Source: Candidatus Woesebacteria bacterium
GTDB taxonomy: Bacteria; Patescibacteriota; Microgenomatia; UBA8517
Assembly: GCA_020060565.1 (NCBI GenBank)
Contig: JAGVAE010000002.1
Location: 371,270-435,269, forward strand
Length of the DNA stretch: 64,000 nt
Direction of reading: 5' to 3'
The position numbers and the translations under genes were made by a program. Of the stretch, positions 30,408 to 39,524 are shown one piece after another; within the stretch, counting starts at the first letter, position 1; each line of letters begins with the position of its first letter. The notes below the pieces were generated by a model, which saw nothing but the letters and a program-made list of their open reading frames with translations, was not told where the DNA came from and did not search any database.

Positions 30408-30481
30408 AAATACTAGCCATCACTCAAGCCAGGATCGGATCAACCCGTGTACTAGGAAATGAATTGAGTATGAATATATAA
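30404..30481 (+). pseudogene. 26-codon fossil of the 5' end of an SpsF-type cytidylyltransferase gene (MKILAITQARIGSTRVLGNELSMNI*)
   Basis: First 15 codons match the start of the 31369 gene (MKILAITQARVGSTR), then the sequence diverges and terminates; ATGA overlap with the AKR copy 1 stop. Confidence 0.6.
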
Positions 30482-30494
30482 TTATAATAAACGA

Positions 30495-31367
30495 ATGGAT
30501 AACCAGGCTGAGAAATATAAAATGATCTTGGGAACAGTCCAATTAGGCCAGAATTACGGTATCAATGATAAATTAAAGCCTTCTGAGGAGCAATCCCATA
30601 CAATCTTAGATGAAGCACACAAAGCTGGGATTAGGTGGCTTGACACTGCCGATAACTACGGTAGTGCGATTACAACTATTGGTAACTATCTCAGAAGAAA
30701 CCATAATTTTCAAATTTTTAATAAATTTATTTTAACTGATGGTGGGGATATTGATCGAAAAGTAGAGCACACATTAAGGATATTAGATATTGACCATTTT
30801 GAAGTATATTCGTATCATCGCTTTAAAGATTTTATTAATAGTCCTGAGACTCGAAAAAAAATGTTGCAGTTAAAGGATCAAAGATTAATTAAAAAAATAG
30901 GTATATCAATTTACTCAAATCTAGAATTTAGACAGGCTATCGATACAGATGTTATTGACGTTATTCAAATACCGTTGAATATTCTTGATAATACTAATAT
31001 ACGAGGCGCTTTAATGGATAGAGCTGTAAGAAAGGGAAAAGAAATCCATGCAAGATCTATATTTTTACAAGGCCTCTTTTTTACAGATGAGAATAGGATA
31101 CCCAACAAAATAAAACCACTGATACCATATTTGAAAAAAATTAAAGATTTTAGTAAGGAGAATAATATACCTATAAATGAAATTGCTTTAACTTATGTGG
31201 TTTCTAATCCGAATGTGAGCGGTGTATTAATCGGAGTGCGCAATGTAGAACAGTTAACTGGAGATTTAAACTGTCTGAAATCTGAACATGTCAAAATTAT
31301 TACTAATTTTGTAAATACATTAGATGTTAAAGAGACTCAGCTATTGAATCCAAATAACTGGAAATAA
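30495..31367 (+). CDS. aldo/keto reductase, copy 2
   Basis: ILGTVQLGQNYG...LDTADNYGSA; TATAAT hexamer 6 nt upstream of the ATG. Confidence 0.75.
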   Translation: MDNQAEKYKMILGTVQLGQNYGINDKLKPSEEQSHTILDEAHKAGIRWLDTADNYGSAITTIGNYLRRNHNFQIFNKFILTDGGDIDRKVEHTLRILDIDHFEVYSYHRFKDFINSPETRKKMLQLKDQRLIKKIGISIYSNLEFRQAIDTDVIDVIQIPLNILDNTNIRGALMDRAVRKGKEIHARSIFLQGLFFTDENRIPNKIKPLIPYLKKIKDFSKENNIPINEIALTYVVSNPNVSGVLIGVRNVEQLTGDLNCLKSEHVKIITNFVNTLDVKETQLLNPNNWK

Positions 31368-31368
31368 T

Positions 31369-33450
31369 ATGAAGATATTAGCAATTACACAAGCAAGAGT
31401 TGGGTCAACTCGTCTGCCAGGGAAAGTCCTAAAAACTATAAAAAACAAAACTTTATTAGAGATACACTTAACAAGGATTTTGCAGTCAAAAAAAATATCC
31501 AAATTAATAGTGGCCACAACTATAGAGCCTGGGGCTGAAAAAATTGTAGCTATCGCTAAAAAACTTGGAGTGGAATCATATAGGGGTTCAGTAAATGATG
31601 TCTTGGAACGCTTTTACCTTGCTGCGTTGCCAGAGAACCCTGATTATATTGTACGTTTGACCTCTGATTGTCCACTTATCGATGCCGTCGAGATAGATAA
31701 AGTTATAAACAAATGTATTCAGGGTAAATATGATTATACTTCGAATAATATTGAACCTACTTTTCCAGATGGGCTAGACACTGAAGTGTTTAAATTTTCT
31801 GCGCTCAAAAAAGCTTACAATAAGGCCACTCTTAAATCTGATCGTGAGCATGTTACACCTTATATTTGGAGAAATTCATTGGTAAGAGGAGGAAAGATAT
31901 TTAATTCATTTAATGTAAAATACCATAATGATTTTTCAATTTATCGTCTTACAGTTGATACGCAGGAGGATTTTGATTTGATTAGAAATCTCATTTCTCG
32001 CTTGGGAATAGATAAAGGATGGTTGGATTATGTAAATTATCTAGACAAAAACCCAAAGTTGATGAATATAAACTCTAAATATGAGAGGAATGAGGGCTAC
32101 AAAAAATCACTAGAAGAAGATAAAATGTTCGTGAAAAAAATGAATACAGGACAAAATTTATACAGAAAAGCAAAAACACTTATTCCAGGGGGTACACAGT
32201 TGTTGTCGAAGCGTCCGGAAATGTTTCTACCTAACCATTGGCCAGCCTACTATAGCAAAGCAAAAGGATGTTATGTTTGGGATATGGATGGCAAAAAATT
32301 TATAGACATGAGTTATATGGGAATTGGTGCGTGTGTTTTGGGGTATGCGAATTCTGAAATAGATGAAGCAGCTATTAAAGCAGTTAGGCTTGGAAGTATG
32401 TGTACATTAAACGCGCCAGAAGAAGTTGAGCTGGCTGAATTGATGTGTAAACTTCATCCGTGGGCTCAAATGGTTCGTTATACCAGGGGTGGTGGTGAGG
32501 CGATGTCCGTTGCGATTAGAATTGCTAGAGCAAAATCAGGTAAAGATAAAATATTATTTTGTGGGTATCATGGTTGGCATGATTGGTATTTGGCAGCCAA
32601 CTTAGCAAAGTCTAAAAATTTGGATGGGCATTTATTACCAGGACTTGATCCTTTGGGGGTTCCAAGAGGTTTGAGAGGTAGCTCTGTTCCTTTTAATTAC
32701 AACAATACCGAAGAGTTTTTAAAATTGATAAAAAAATATGAAGGCCAAGTTGGGGTGGTTGTTTTGGAGTCTATAAGAAATCTTAAACCAGAAAAAAAAT
32801 TTATTAATACCATAGCTAAAGTAACAAAAGAGCAGGGTATAGTATTTGTGGTTGATGAAATTACTGCTGCATGGAGAATTAATAATGGAGGAGCACATTT
32901 GGTTTTAGGTATTGAGCCTGACATTGCTGTCTTTGGGAAAGCTATAAGCAATGGTTTCCCAATGGGTGTGGTGATTGGTAAAAGAAGTGTTATGCAAAAA
33001 GCACAAGATACATTTATAAGCAGCACGTATTGGACAGATAGAATTGGACCAACTACTGCTATAGCTACTATAAAATATTTCAAACAAAATAATGTTCACA
33101 AGCATTTAATTTCTGCTGGAGAAAGCATACGTAGGGGCTGGAAAGAATTGGCAGAAAAACACAATCTTAAAATAGAAGTTGGAGGTTTAATTCCTTTAAG
33201 CCATTTTACTTTCGAATACAAAAACCCATTAGTGCTAAAAACATTATTTACTCAAGAGATGTTGGAACTTGGTTTTCTAGCAACAACTGCTTATTATGCT
33301 TCATATGCACACAAACCTCAGCATATTAAAAAATATCTGGAAGCTTGTGATAAAGTTTTTGGATTGATCTCCGATGCCATTAAAAATGGTAATCCAGATA
33401 GGCTGTTAAATGGCCCTGTTTGTCACTCAGGGTTTAAAAGATTAAATTAA
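31369..33450 (+). CDS. bifunctional fusion: SpsF/NeuA-type cytidylyltransferase (N-terminal) plus class-III (GSA-aminomutase-like) aminotransferase (C-terminal)
   Basis: LAITQARVGSTRLPGKVLK at the N-terminus; residues from about 260 to 693 carry the class-III aminotransferase pattern (GG..L..RP...W). Confidence 0.7.
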   Translation: MKILAITQARVGSTRLPGKVLKTIKNKTLLEIHLTRILQSKKISKLIVATTIEPGAEKIVAIAKKLGVESYRGSVNDVLERFYLAALPENPDYIVRLTSDCPLIDAVEIDKVINKCIQGKYDYTSNNIEPTFPDGLDTEVFKFSALKKAYNKATLKSDREHVTPYIWRNSLVRGGKIFNSFNVKYHNDFSIYRLTVDTQEDFDLIRNLISRLGIDKGWLDYVNYLDKNPKLMNINSKYERNEGYKKSLEEDKMFVKKMNTGQNLYRKAKTLIPGGTQLLSKRPEMFLPNHWPAYYSKAKGCYVWDMDGKKFIDMSYMGIGACVLGYANSEIDEAAIKAVRLGSMCTLNAPEEVELAELMCKLHPWAQMVRYTRGGGEAMSVAIRIARAKSGKDKILFCGYHGWHDWYLAANLAKSKNLDGHLLPGLDPLGVPRGLRGSSVPFNYNNTEEFLKLIKKYEGQVGVVVLESIRNLKPEKKFINTIAKVTKEQGIVFVVDEITAAWRINNGGAHLVLGIEPDIAVFGKAISNGFPMGVVIGKRSVMQKAQDTFISSTYWTDRIGPTTAIATIKYFKQNNVHKHLISAGESIRRGWKELAEKHNLKIEVGGLIPLSHFTFEYKNPLVLKTLFTQEMLELGFLATTAYYASYAHKPQHIKKYLEACDKVFGLISDAIKNGNPDRLLNGPVCHSGFKRLN

Positions 33451-33474
33451 AAGTGGCCATGTTGATTCTAAACT

Positions 33475-34389
33475 ATGAGTAAAAATGGACAGAAAAAATT
33501 TGGATTGGAGGATGTGTCTGTGGTGGTTTGTACAAGGAATGAGGAAAAAAGGATTAAAGAATGTCTTGAAGCGATTAAAAATAATCATCCTGGAGAAATA
33601 ATCATCGTAGATGGTGGATCGAAAGATAATACTGTCAAAATCGCAAGAAAATACGCAGATAAAATTATTAAATCAACTCACTCCCATCTTAGTAGAGATA
33701 GGCAGTTGGGTATCGATAGTTCTAAAAAGTCTGTAATAGCAATGATAGATGCCGATCATCGTTTAGAATCTGGAGACATCTCTTCATTACTCAATGATTT
33801 GGAAAAATATCGTCTTGATTTGGTTCAATCTCAATTGATTTCATACAAAAACGAAAGTTTCTGGAATGCTGCCGAAGAGCAAATGTGGGAAATCAACCTT
33901 AATATTCCAGGTGGAAAGAAGATGATTGGAACTGCACCTGCTGTTTATAAAAAATTTATCTTTGATTATGTAAGATTTGACGATCATATTACAAATTTGA
34001 TTGATGACACAGATTTTATTTATCGTTTATCGAAGTATAAAAAAATAAAATTTGGAACTGGAGATACTAGAATTAAGCAACTCCATTCCACTTCCTTTAA
34101 ATCATATATTAAAAAATTTATTTGGTATGGAAGAGGCGACGGCCAATTTTGTATTAAAAATAAAAATCGGGCAGGTTCGATGCTTTTTCATTTATGTATC
34201 CGTTACCCTGTCATATATCCCGTTAGGGCGGCATTACAAGGGAAACTCAAAGTGGTGCCATATTTTATTATTCAGGGATGGATGCGTTTCTACGGTTTGC
34301 TAATTGAGATTGTAAAAATATATATTGGTAAAATTGCATATGGAAAGAACAATAGCCATATTTCCCATAAAATTAATGAAAAAAAATAA
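33475..34389 (+). CDS. glycosyltransferase family 2
   Basis: VSVVVCTRNEEKRI...IIIVDGGSKDNT and DAD motifs. Confidence 0.75.
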   Translation: MSKNGQKKFGLEDVSVVVCTRNEEKRIKECLEAIKNNHPGEIIIVDGGSKDNTVKIARKYADKIIKSTHSHLSRDRQLGIDSSKKSVIAMIDADHRLESGDISSLLNDLEKYRLDLVQSQLISYKNESFWNAAEEQMWEINLNIPGGKKMIGTAPAVYKKFIFDYVRFDDHITNLIDDTDFIYRLSKYKKIKFGTGDTRIKQLHSTSFKSYIKKFIWYGRGDGQFCIKNKNRAGSMLFHLCIRYPVIYPVRAALQGKLKVVPYFIIQGWMRFYGLLIEIVKIYIGKIAYGKNNSHISHKINEKK

Positions 34390-35437
34390 TTTCAGCACAC
34401 ATAAGTCAATTTATTTATTTCTCCTCAGAATACTTGCAATTTTTTTAGTAGTGTTACTACATGCTTCAGCAATTGTTGTGGTTAAATATGGTCAAATTGG
34501 GACAGATTCTTGGTTGGTTGCCAATCTATTCGATAGTATCACAAGACCTTCGGTTGCAATATTGTTTATGGTCAGTGGAGCATTGCTTTTACCGAAAAAT
34601 GAACCTTTAGGTGTGTTTTACAAGAAAAGGTTTGTAAAAATATTAATTCCATTCTATTTTTGGCAACTGTTTTATCTTTTTTACTCACTATCTTTTCAAA
34701 TCGAACCATTTATTAGCGCACTAAAAACAAGAAATACGTATTACGACTTACTTTTTGGTTATAATTATACCCATCTATGGTTTATTCCAATTATCATACA
34801 AATATATTTAATTACACCGATATTAAGACGGTGGATATTATCGGTAAAAAAATCTCAAGTTTTTCAGGGACTGTTTATTTGGGGAACAATAATTATTTTG
34901 AATGACGCATCTTCTTATATATTGGGAAAATCAATGGTTACTTCCAATTTTGTATTTGGATTGGGATATTTTCTTTTAGGTTATTATTTGTCATCTCTAA
35001 AATTTACCCTTAAACCTAGGATAGCAGTCTTGTTTTTGGTGTTGTCATTGGGTATTACTGCATCTTTCACAGCAATTATTACTATTGTTAATAAATCACT
35101 ATCTCTTTATCCGTATAGTTATTCAAGTATCCAAAATTGTGTTGCGGCAATACTATTTTTTATTCTGATAAGACAAATTAATTGGCCAAAAATATCCTCA
35201 ATTTTGTTTGTTAAAATTGTTTCATTCATCAGTTCTAGCTGTTTCGGGATTTATCTGGTGCATTTAATATTACTTGAATTAATAGTAAAAAAATTTCCGT
35301 TTTTCTTTTTTCCGCCAATGTCAAATTGGTACGATTATCTTTTTAAGATACCCATACTTGCCATCATTACCTTTTTGGCAAGTCTAGTAATTATTTCAAT
35401 ACTAAAAACAAACAAATTTACCGAAAAAATAGTTTAA
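34376..35437 (+). CDS. membrane acyltransferase family 3 (OafA-like O-acetyltransferase); tool start 34325
   Basis: LLRILAIFLVVLLHAS N-terminal signature; about 10 TM. Confidence 0.7.
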   Translation: MKKNNFSTHKSIYLFLLRILAIFLVVLLHASAIVVVKYGQIGTDSWLVANLFDSITRPSVAILFMVSGALLLPKNEPLGVFYKKRFVKILIPFYFWQLFYLFYSLSFQIEPFISALKTRNTYYDLLFGYNYTHLWFIPIIIQIYLITPILRRWILSVKKSQVFQGLFIWGTIIILNDASSYILGKSMVTSNFVFGLGYFLLGYYLSSLKFTLKPRIAVLFLVLSLGITASFTAIITIVNKSLSLYPYSYSSIQNCVAAILFFILIRQINWPKISSILFVKIVSFISSSCFGIYLVHLILLELIVKKFPFFFFPPMSNWYDYLFKIPILAIITFLASLVIISILKTNKFTEKIV

Positions 35438-35487
35438 TCTTTAGAGTCTTCCCACAAAGGTAGATAAGTATTCTATTAAGACAATAA

Positions 35488-37266
35488 TTGCCGTACAATT
35501 CTAGGAACATAATGAAAATCATTTGTTTTTCGTCCCACACTGCAACATGGTATTTCGCTTTTGCTGAGGCAGTTATTGCCTGTGCTCTGCAGAAGAAAGG
35601 TCACGAAGTTCTTTTTATAACTCCAGGTAACCAGTTTTCTGGAATAACTAGTTTAAGGCAAGAAAAAATATTAAGAGAAGAGTTTAGTCTACATGGATAT
35701 GAAATTGGAACCGTATTATCCAAAAAAGACCTTAAAGAAATTGCCTTAATAATTAAAAAATTAAATAGAAAAAATTTCGGTAAATTAGTAATTGGAAATA
35801 TTCAAATAGGTAAAATTGCGTTATATGAATTTCTTTTGCGTAACAAAAAAATAAAAATTGAATTTTCCATAGATGAATGGAAAGAATGTATTTCAGAAAT
35901 AGAAAATACACTAGTTTCATTTTATGCCTGCAGAAATATATTGAAAAAAGAAAATCCGGACAGAATATTAATGTACAGTACGCTTTATTCAGTAAACCAT
36001 GTTTGGGAGTTAAATGCCAAACAAAAAAGTATACCGGTATATTTTATGCATCATGGGTCAAACCTTTCAGACATAGACAATACTTTAATAATTGCTAAAA
36101 ATAATGCCTTTTTTTATTTAGATAAACTTAAAAATTACTGGTCAAAATTGAAGGACATTCCAGTAAATCAAGAATTACTAAGTGAGGTGACCGATCATTT
36201 TTTAGAACTACTGAAAGGGAAACATTATCTGGTTTATTCATCACCAAAAAGTAAAGAAACAATTAATATTAGAAAAATTTTCAATATTAATGAAAATCAA
36301 AAAATTCTGACAGCAACAATGAGTAGTTATGATGAAATGGTTGCCGCTAAATATGTTGGAGTTTGGAAAATGTCCAATAAACCTATTTTTCAGACTCAAA
36401 TCGATTGGATTAAAACTCTAGTTAAATATATGAGGCAAAGACAAGACTTATTTCTTTTGATTCGGGTTCACCCGAGGGAATTTCCAAACAAAAGAGATAG
36501 TCTAAAATCGGAACACGCCAAAGTATTGGGAAAGGTTTTAAGAAATTTACCGGACAATGTTAAAGTGAACTGGCCTACGGATAAGATATCAATATATGAT
36601 TTAGCGGAAGAAACTAGTGTTTTTTTAAATGCGTGGTCGTCGGTAGGTTTAGAGATGAGCTTGTTGGGTGTTCCTGTGGTAATTTATTCTAAAGAATTTG
36701 TCCTATATCCTTCAGACATCAATTATTTAGCCAGAAATCGAAAAGATTATTTCGCAAAAATTGAACTAGCTCTAAAAGATGGTTGGAGTTATAAAAAAAT
36801 TAAGAAAGTATATCGCTGGCTAGCATTGCATAATGGCCGAGCGGTTGTTAGGTTTAGAAAAAAACAGACTGAAATCGGTCAATTAACAATCAACGGAACA
36901 ACCCCCCCATTTTTGAGCAATTTTTATAATAGCCTTTCACCTAAAGTAAGATCATATGTTGTAAAGTTGGCAATGGCAATGCCTGGAATATGGATTAACA
37001 GAAGACAGAGGGATGAATGTAGGAGACAACTTATGGAAAAAGTTGATATTTCAAATGTAGAAAAAATGCTTCTCAATTCAGATGACACTTTGGTTGAAGT
37101 AAAAAAGACATTGACTAAACAGACAATGGTGAAAGAAGAGGATTGCAATATTCGCAAAGAAGTAAAAAGAATATTTGAATCAATGTATGGTATGTATTCT
37201 AGAAAAATGCCTATTAAAAAAGGTGGTTTACAGGATAATTTAAGAAATGTTTTTACAAAAAAATGA
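35488..37266 (+). CDS. hypothetical protein, capsule-polysaccharide-biosynthesis/TagF-like GT-B candidate
   Basis: LLIRVHPREFP...VFLNAWSSVGLEMSLLGVPVVIY resembles KpsS/TagF C-terminal motifs; contains a C7 tract at 36902..36908. Confidence 0.35.
   Translation: MPYNSRNIMKIICFSSHTATWYFAFAEAVIACALQKKGHEVLFITPGNQFSGITSLRQEKILREEFSLHGYEIGTVLSKKDLKEIALIIKKLNRKNFGKLVIGNIQIGKIALYEFLLRNKKIKIEFSIDEWKECISEIENTLVSFYACRNILKKENPDRILMYSTLYSVNHVWELNAKQKSIPVYFMHHGSNLSDIDNTLIIAKNNAFFYLDKLKNYWSKLKDIPVNQELLSEVTDHFLELLKGKHYLVYSSPKSKETINIRKIFNINENQKILTATMSSYDEMVAAKYVGVWKMSNKPIFQTQIDWIKTLVKYMRQRQDLFLLIRVHPREFPNKRDSLKSEHAKVLGKVLRNLPDNVKVNWPTDKISIYDLAEETSVFLNAWSSVGLEMSLLGVPVVIYSKEFVLYPSDINYLARNRKDYFAKIELALKDGWSYKKIKKVYRWLALHNGRAVVRFRKKQTEIGQLTINGTTPPFLSNFYNSLSPKVRSYVVKLAMAMPGIWINRRQRDECRRQLMEKVDISNVEKMLLNSDDTLVEVKKTLTKQTMVKEEDCNIRKEVKRIFESMYGMYSRKMPIKKGGLQDNLRNVFTKK
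36902..36908 (+). repeat. homopolymeric C7 tract in the coding sequence of the 35488..37266 gene
   Basis: aCCCCCCCat encodes TPP. Confidence 0.9.
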
Positions 37267-37925
37267 AAGATTTTTTATACATTATACTTGGTTACTTTAA
37301 GAAATCCTTTTCTCAAGAAGGTGAAGATCTAATTTTATTAGAATACTTCAAAAAGAAAAAAAGAGGATTTTATATCGATATTGGAGCCCACCATCCATTT
37401 AGATTTTCTAATACATATCTTTTTTATAAAAAGGGATGGAGGGGTATTAATATAGATGCCACTCCTGGAAGTATGAATATGTTTTATAAATATCGATATA
37501 GAGATATAAATATTGAGGTTCCCATATCAAACAACAATAAAAGAATTGATTATTTTATATTCGATGAACCTGCCCTAAATAGTTTTTCCTCAAAGCTTTC
37601 AAAGGAAAGGAATGCTAATACTAAATATAAGATCAAAGAAATAGTTAAACTAAAACCGCGGAAACTGTCAGAAATTTTAGATGATTATATAACGAAGAAT
37701 ACGAAGATTGATTTTATGTCGGTAGATGTAGAAGGTTACGAATATGAAGTTCTTATCTCGAATAATTGGGAAAAATATAAACCAACCTATCTTTTAGTGG
37801 AGATATTAAACACTAAGTTGTGCCAAATGGAGAATGATAAATCCTATTCATTTTTGATTAAAAAGGGTTATTCAATGATTAATAAGACAGGAAGAACGGT
37901 TATATTTAAGAGAAGGTTGAAATAG
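37263..37925 (+). CDS. FkbM-family methyltransferase
   Basis: FYIDIGAHHPFRFSNT...DFMSVDVEGYEYEVL. Confidence 0.75.
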   Translation: MKDFLYIILGYFKKSFSQEGEDLILLEYFKKKKRGFYIDIGAHHPFRFSNTYLFYKKGWRGINIDATPGSMNMFYKYRYRDINIEVPISNNNKRIDYFIFDEPALNSFSSKLSKERNANTKYKIKEIVKLKPRKLSEILDDYITKNTKIDFMSVDVEGYEYEVLISNNWEKYKPTYLLVEILNTKLCQMENDKSYSFLIKKGYSMINKTGRTVIFKRRLK

Positions 37926-37979
37926 TATAGACTGTTTATGGAGTGTTTTTGGTAAAGTCTAAAATATTAAGGCACTAAT

Positions 37980-39521
37980 ATGAATATATTTTTAACATTT
38001 TCAGATGCAGCCAAATTTGCAGATATTGCAAGAAATGTTATTTCTGGATTAGGTTATAATGGCAATTTTTCTTTTTGGAGAGATGGTGCTTTTGCCCTTT
38101 TGCAAGGGGTAGCTTTTCCTTCTCCATGGTTACCACCACTCATGCCTTTATCAATAGCTCTGGCATTTAAGATATTTGGAGTATCAGATTTGGCAGTAGT
38201 AGGGGTATCTTCTTTTTATTTTATTTTATTGGTTGTTTCTACATTTCTTTTAGGTAAAAAAATATTTGGGAATCTTGTTGGAATACTTTCAGCAATAGTC
38301 ATGGCGATGAGTGTAGATTTCTTGAATTATGCGAGAAACGGTTCGGCTGAGGCTCTTTTCACTTTTGAGATTATTACCACATCTTATTTGTTAACTATAA
38401 AGAAAAAATGGGCAAACGGATTAGCAATTATTTTCGCTATACTAATGTATTTTACTCGCCCTCAGGCCTTTATTTATATTGCAGGATTAATACTTTATTG
38501 GCTTTTAATAAATTTTAAAATCAAAAAAGCACTTATTTTATTTGGTTTGGTATTGGTTGGGGGTTTTTTGATTGATTATTTTATTCTCCCAAATTTTGCT
38601 GGAAAATACTTTTTATATTCTGTATCTGGTAGAGGAATACTAACGGCGACTCAAGTTACAGCTGGAGGGTCAGCTTCAGATTCTTTGAGGGGATATTCTG
38701 TTCCTGAAGCATCTATAGGCTTGTTGCAAATTGCTAAGAAAATATTTTATAACTTATATAATTTTTACAAATTAATTCCCCAAATATCCAATCCATATTT
38801 ATTTGCATTTTTCGTGTTTGGTTTGTTTCGTTGGAGTAAAAGTAATCTTATTAATTCATTTAAAACATCTTCAATATTTATGATCGCGACTACACTATTG
38901 GTATGTGCAGTATCTATTCCTTTCTTTCGCTATATTCATCCCGTAATTCCGTTTATATATATTATTAGTGTTGCAACCATAGTAGAAATTTTAAATCTTA
39001 AATTTATAAATCGTAAATTTATTATTTTTGTCTCCACATCTCTAATTTTAATTTTTTCTGTGGGACAAACTCTAGGCGTCATATTTTTGGACTCAAGATT
39101 TGTAAGGAATACTCACAATATAGATAAACCTCCTGTTTATGTTGTACTTTCAAAAATCCTAAAGGAAACAACTCAACCTTCTGACTTTGTGGTTACAAAT
39201 CTTGATACCTGGGGAAGTTGGTATGGTGAGAGAAGAACTATGTGGTTTCCTGTTGAGCCAAAACAGCTTATTGATACCAAAACAGGAGAAATTCCCTTTA
39301 ATGCAATTTATTTAACAAGTTATAGGATCGATGATGAAAACTATTACATGGGTAAGGATTGGAGAATGATTTTTGACAATCCTAATGACCCTAAAAAATG
39401 GACGTGTGACGGCTGTACTGAGATTGCCAAGGAATTTAAATTAAAAGATGTCTACAAAGTTCCTGCTAGTGATAATTATGAAAGACGGGATGCAAAGGCA
39501 ATACTTCTTGTGAGAAAATAA
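37980..39521 (+). CDS. GT-C glycosyltransferase, ArnT/PMT (GT39/83)-like
   Basis: First loop FSDAAKFADIARNVISG, MYFTRPQAF motif, about 11 TM plus a C-terminal soluble domain. Confidence 0.6.
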   Translation: MNIFLTFSDAAKFADIARNVISGLGYNGNFSFWRDGAFALLQGVAFPSPWLPPLMPLSIALAFKIFGVSDLAVVGVSSFYFILLVVSTFLLGKKIFGNLVGILSAIVMAMSVDFLNYARNGSAEALFTFEIITTSYLLTIKKKWANGLAIIFAILMYFTRPQAFIYIAGLILYWLLINFKIKKALILFGLVLVGGFLIDYFILPNFAGKYFLYSVSGRGILTATQVTAGGSASDSLRGYSVPEASIGLLQIAKKIFYNLYNFYKLIPQISNPYLFAFFVFGLFRWSKSNLINSFKTSSIFMIATTLLVCAVSIPFFRYIHPVIPFIYIISVATIVEILNLKFINRKFIIFVSTSLILIFSVGQTLGVIFLDSRFVRNTHNIDKPPVYVVLSKILKETTQPSDFVVTNLDTWGSWYGERRTMWFPVEPKQLIDTKTGEIPFNAIYLTSYRIDDENYYMGKDWRMIFDNPNDPKKWTCDGCTEIAKEFKLKDVYKVPASDNYERRDAKAILLVRK

Positions 39522-39524
39522 AAC

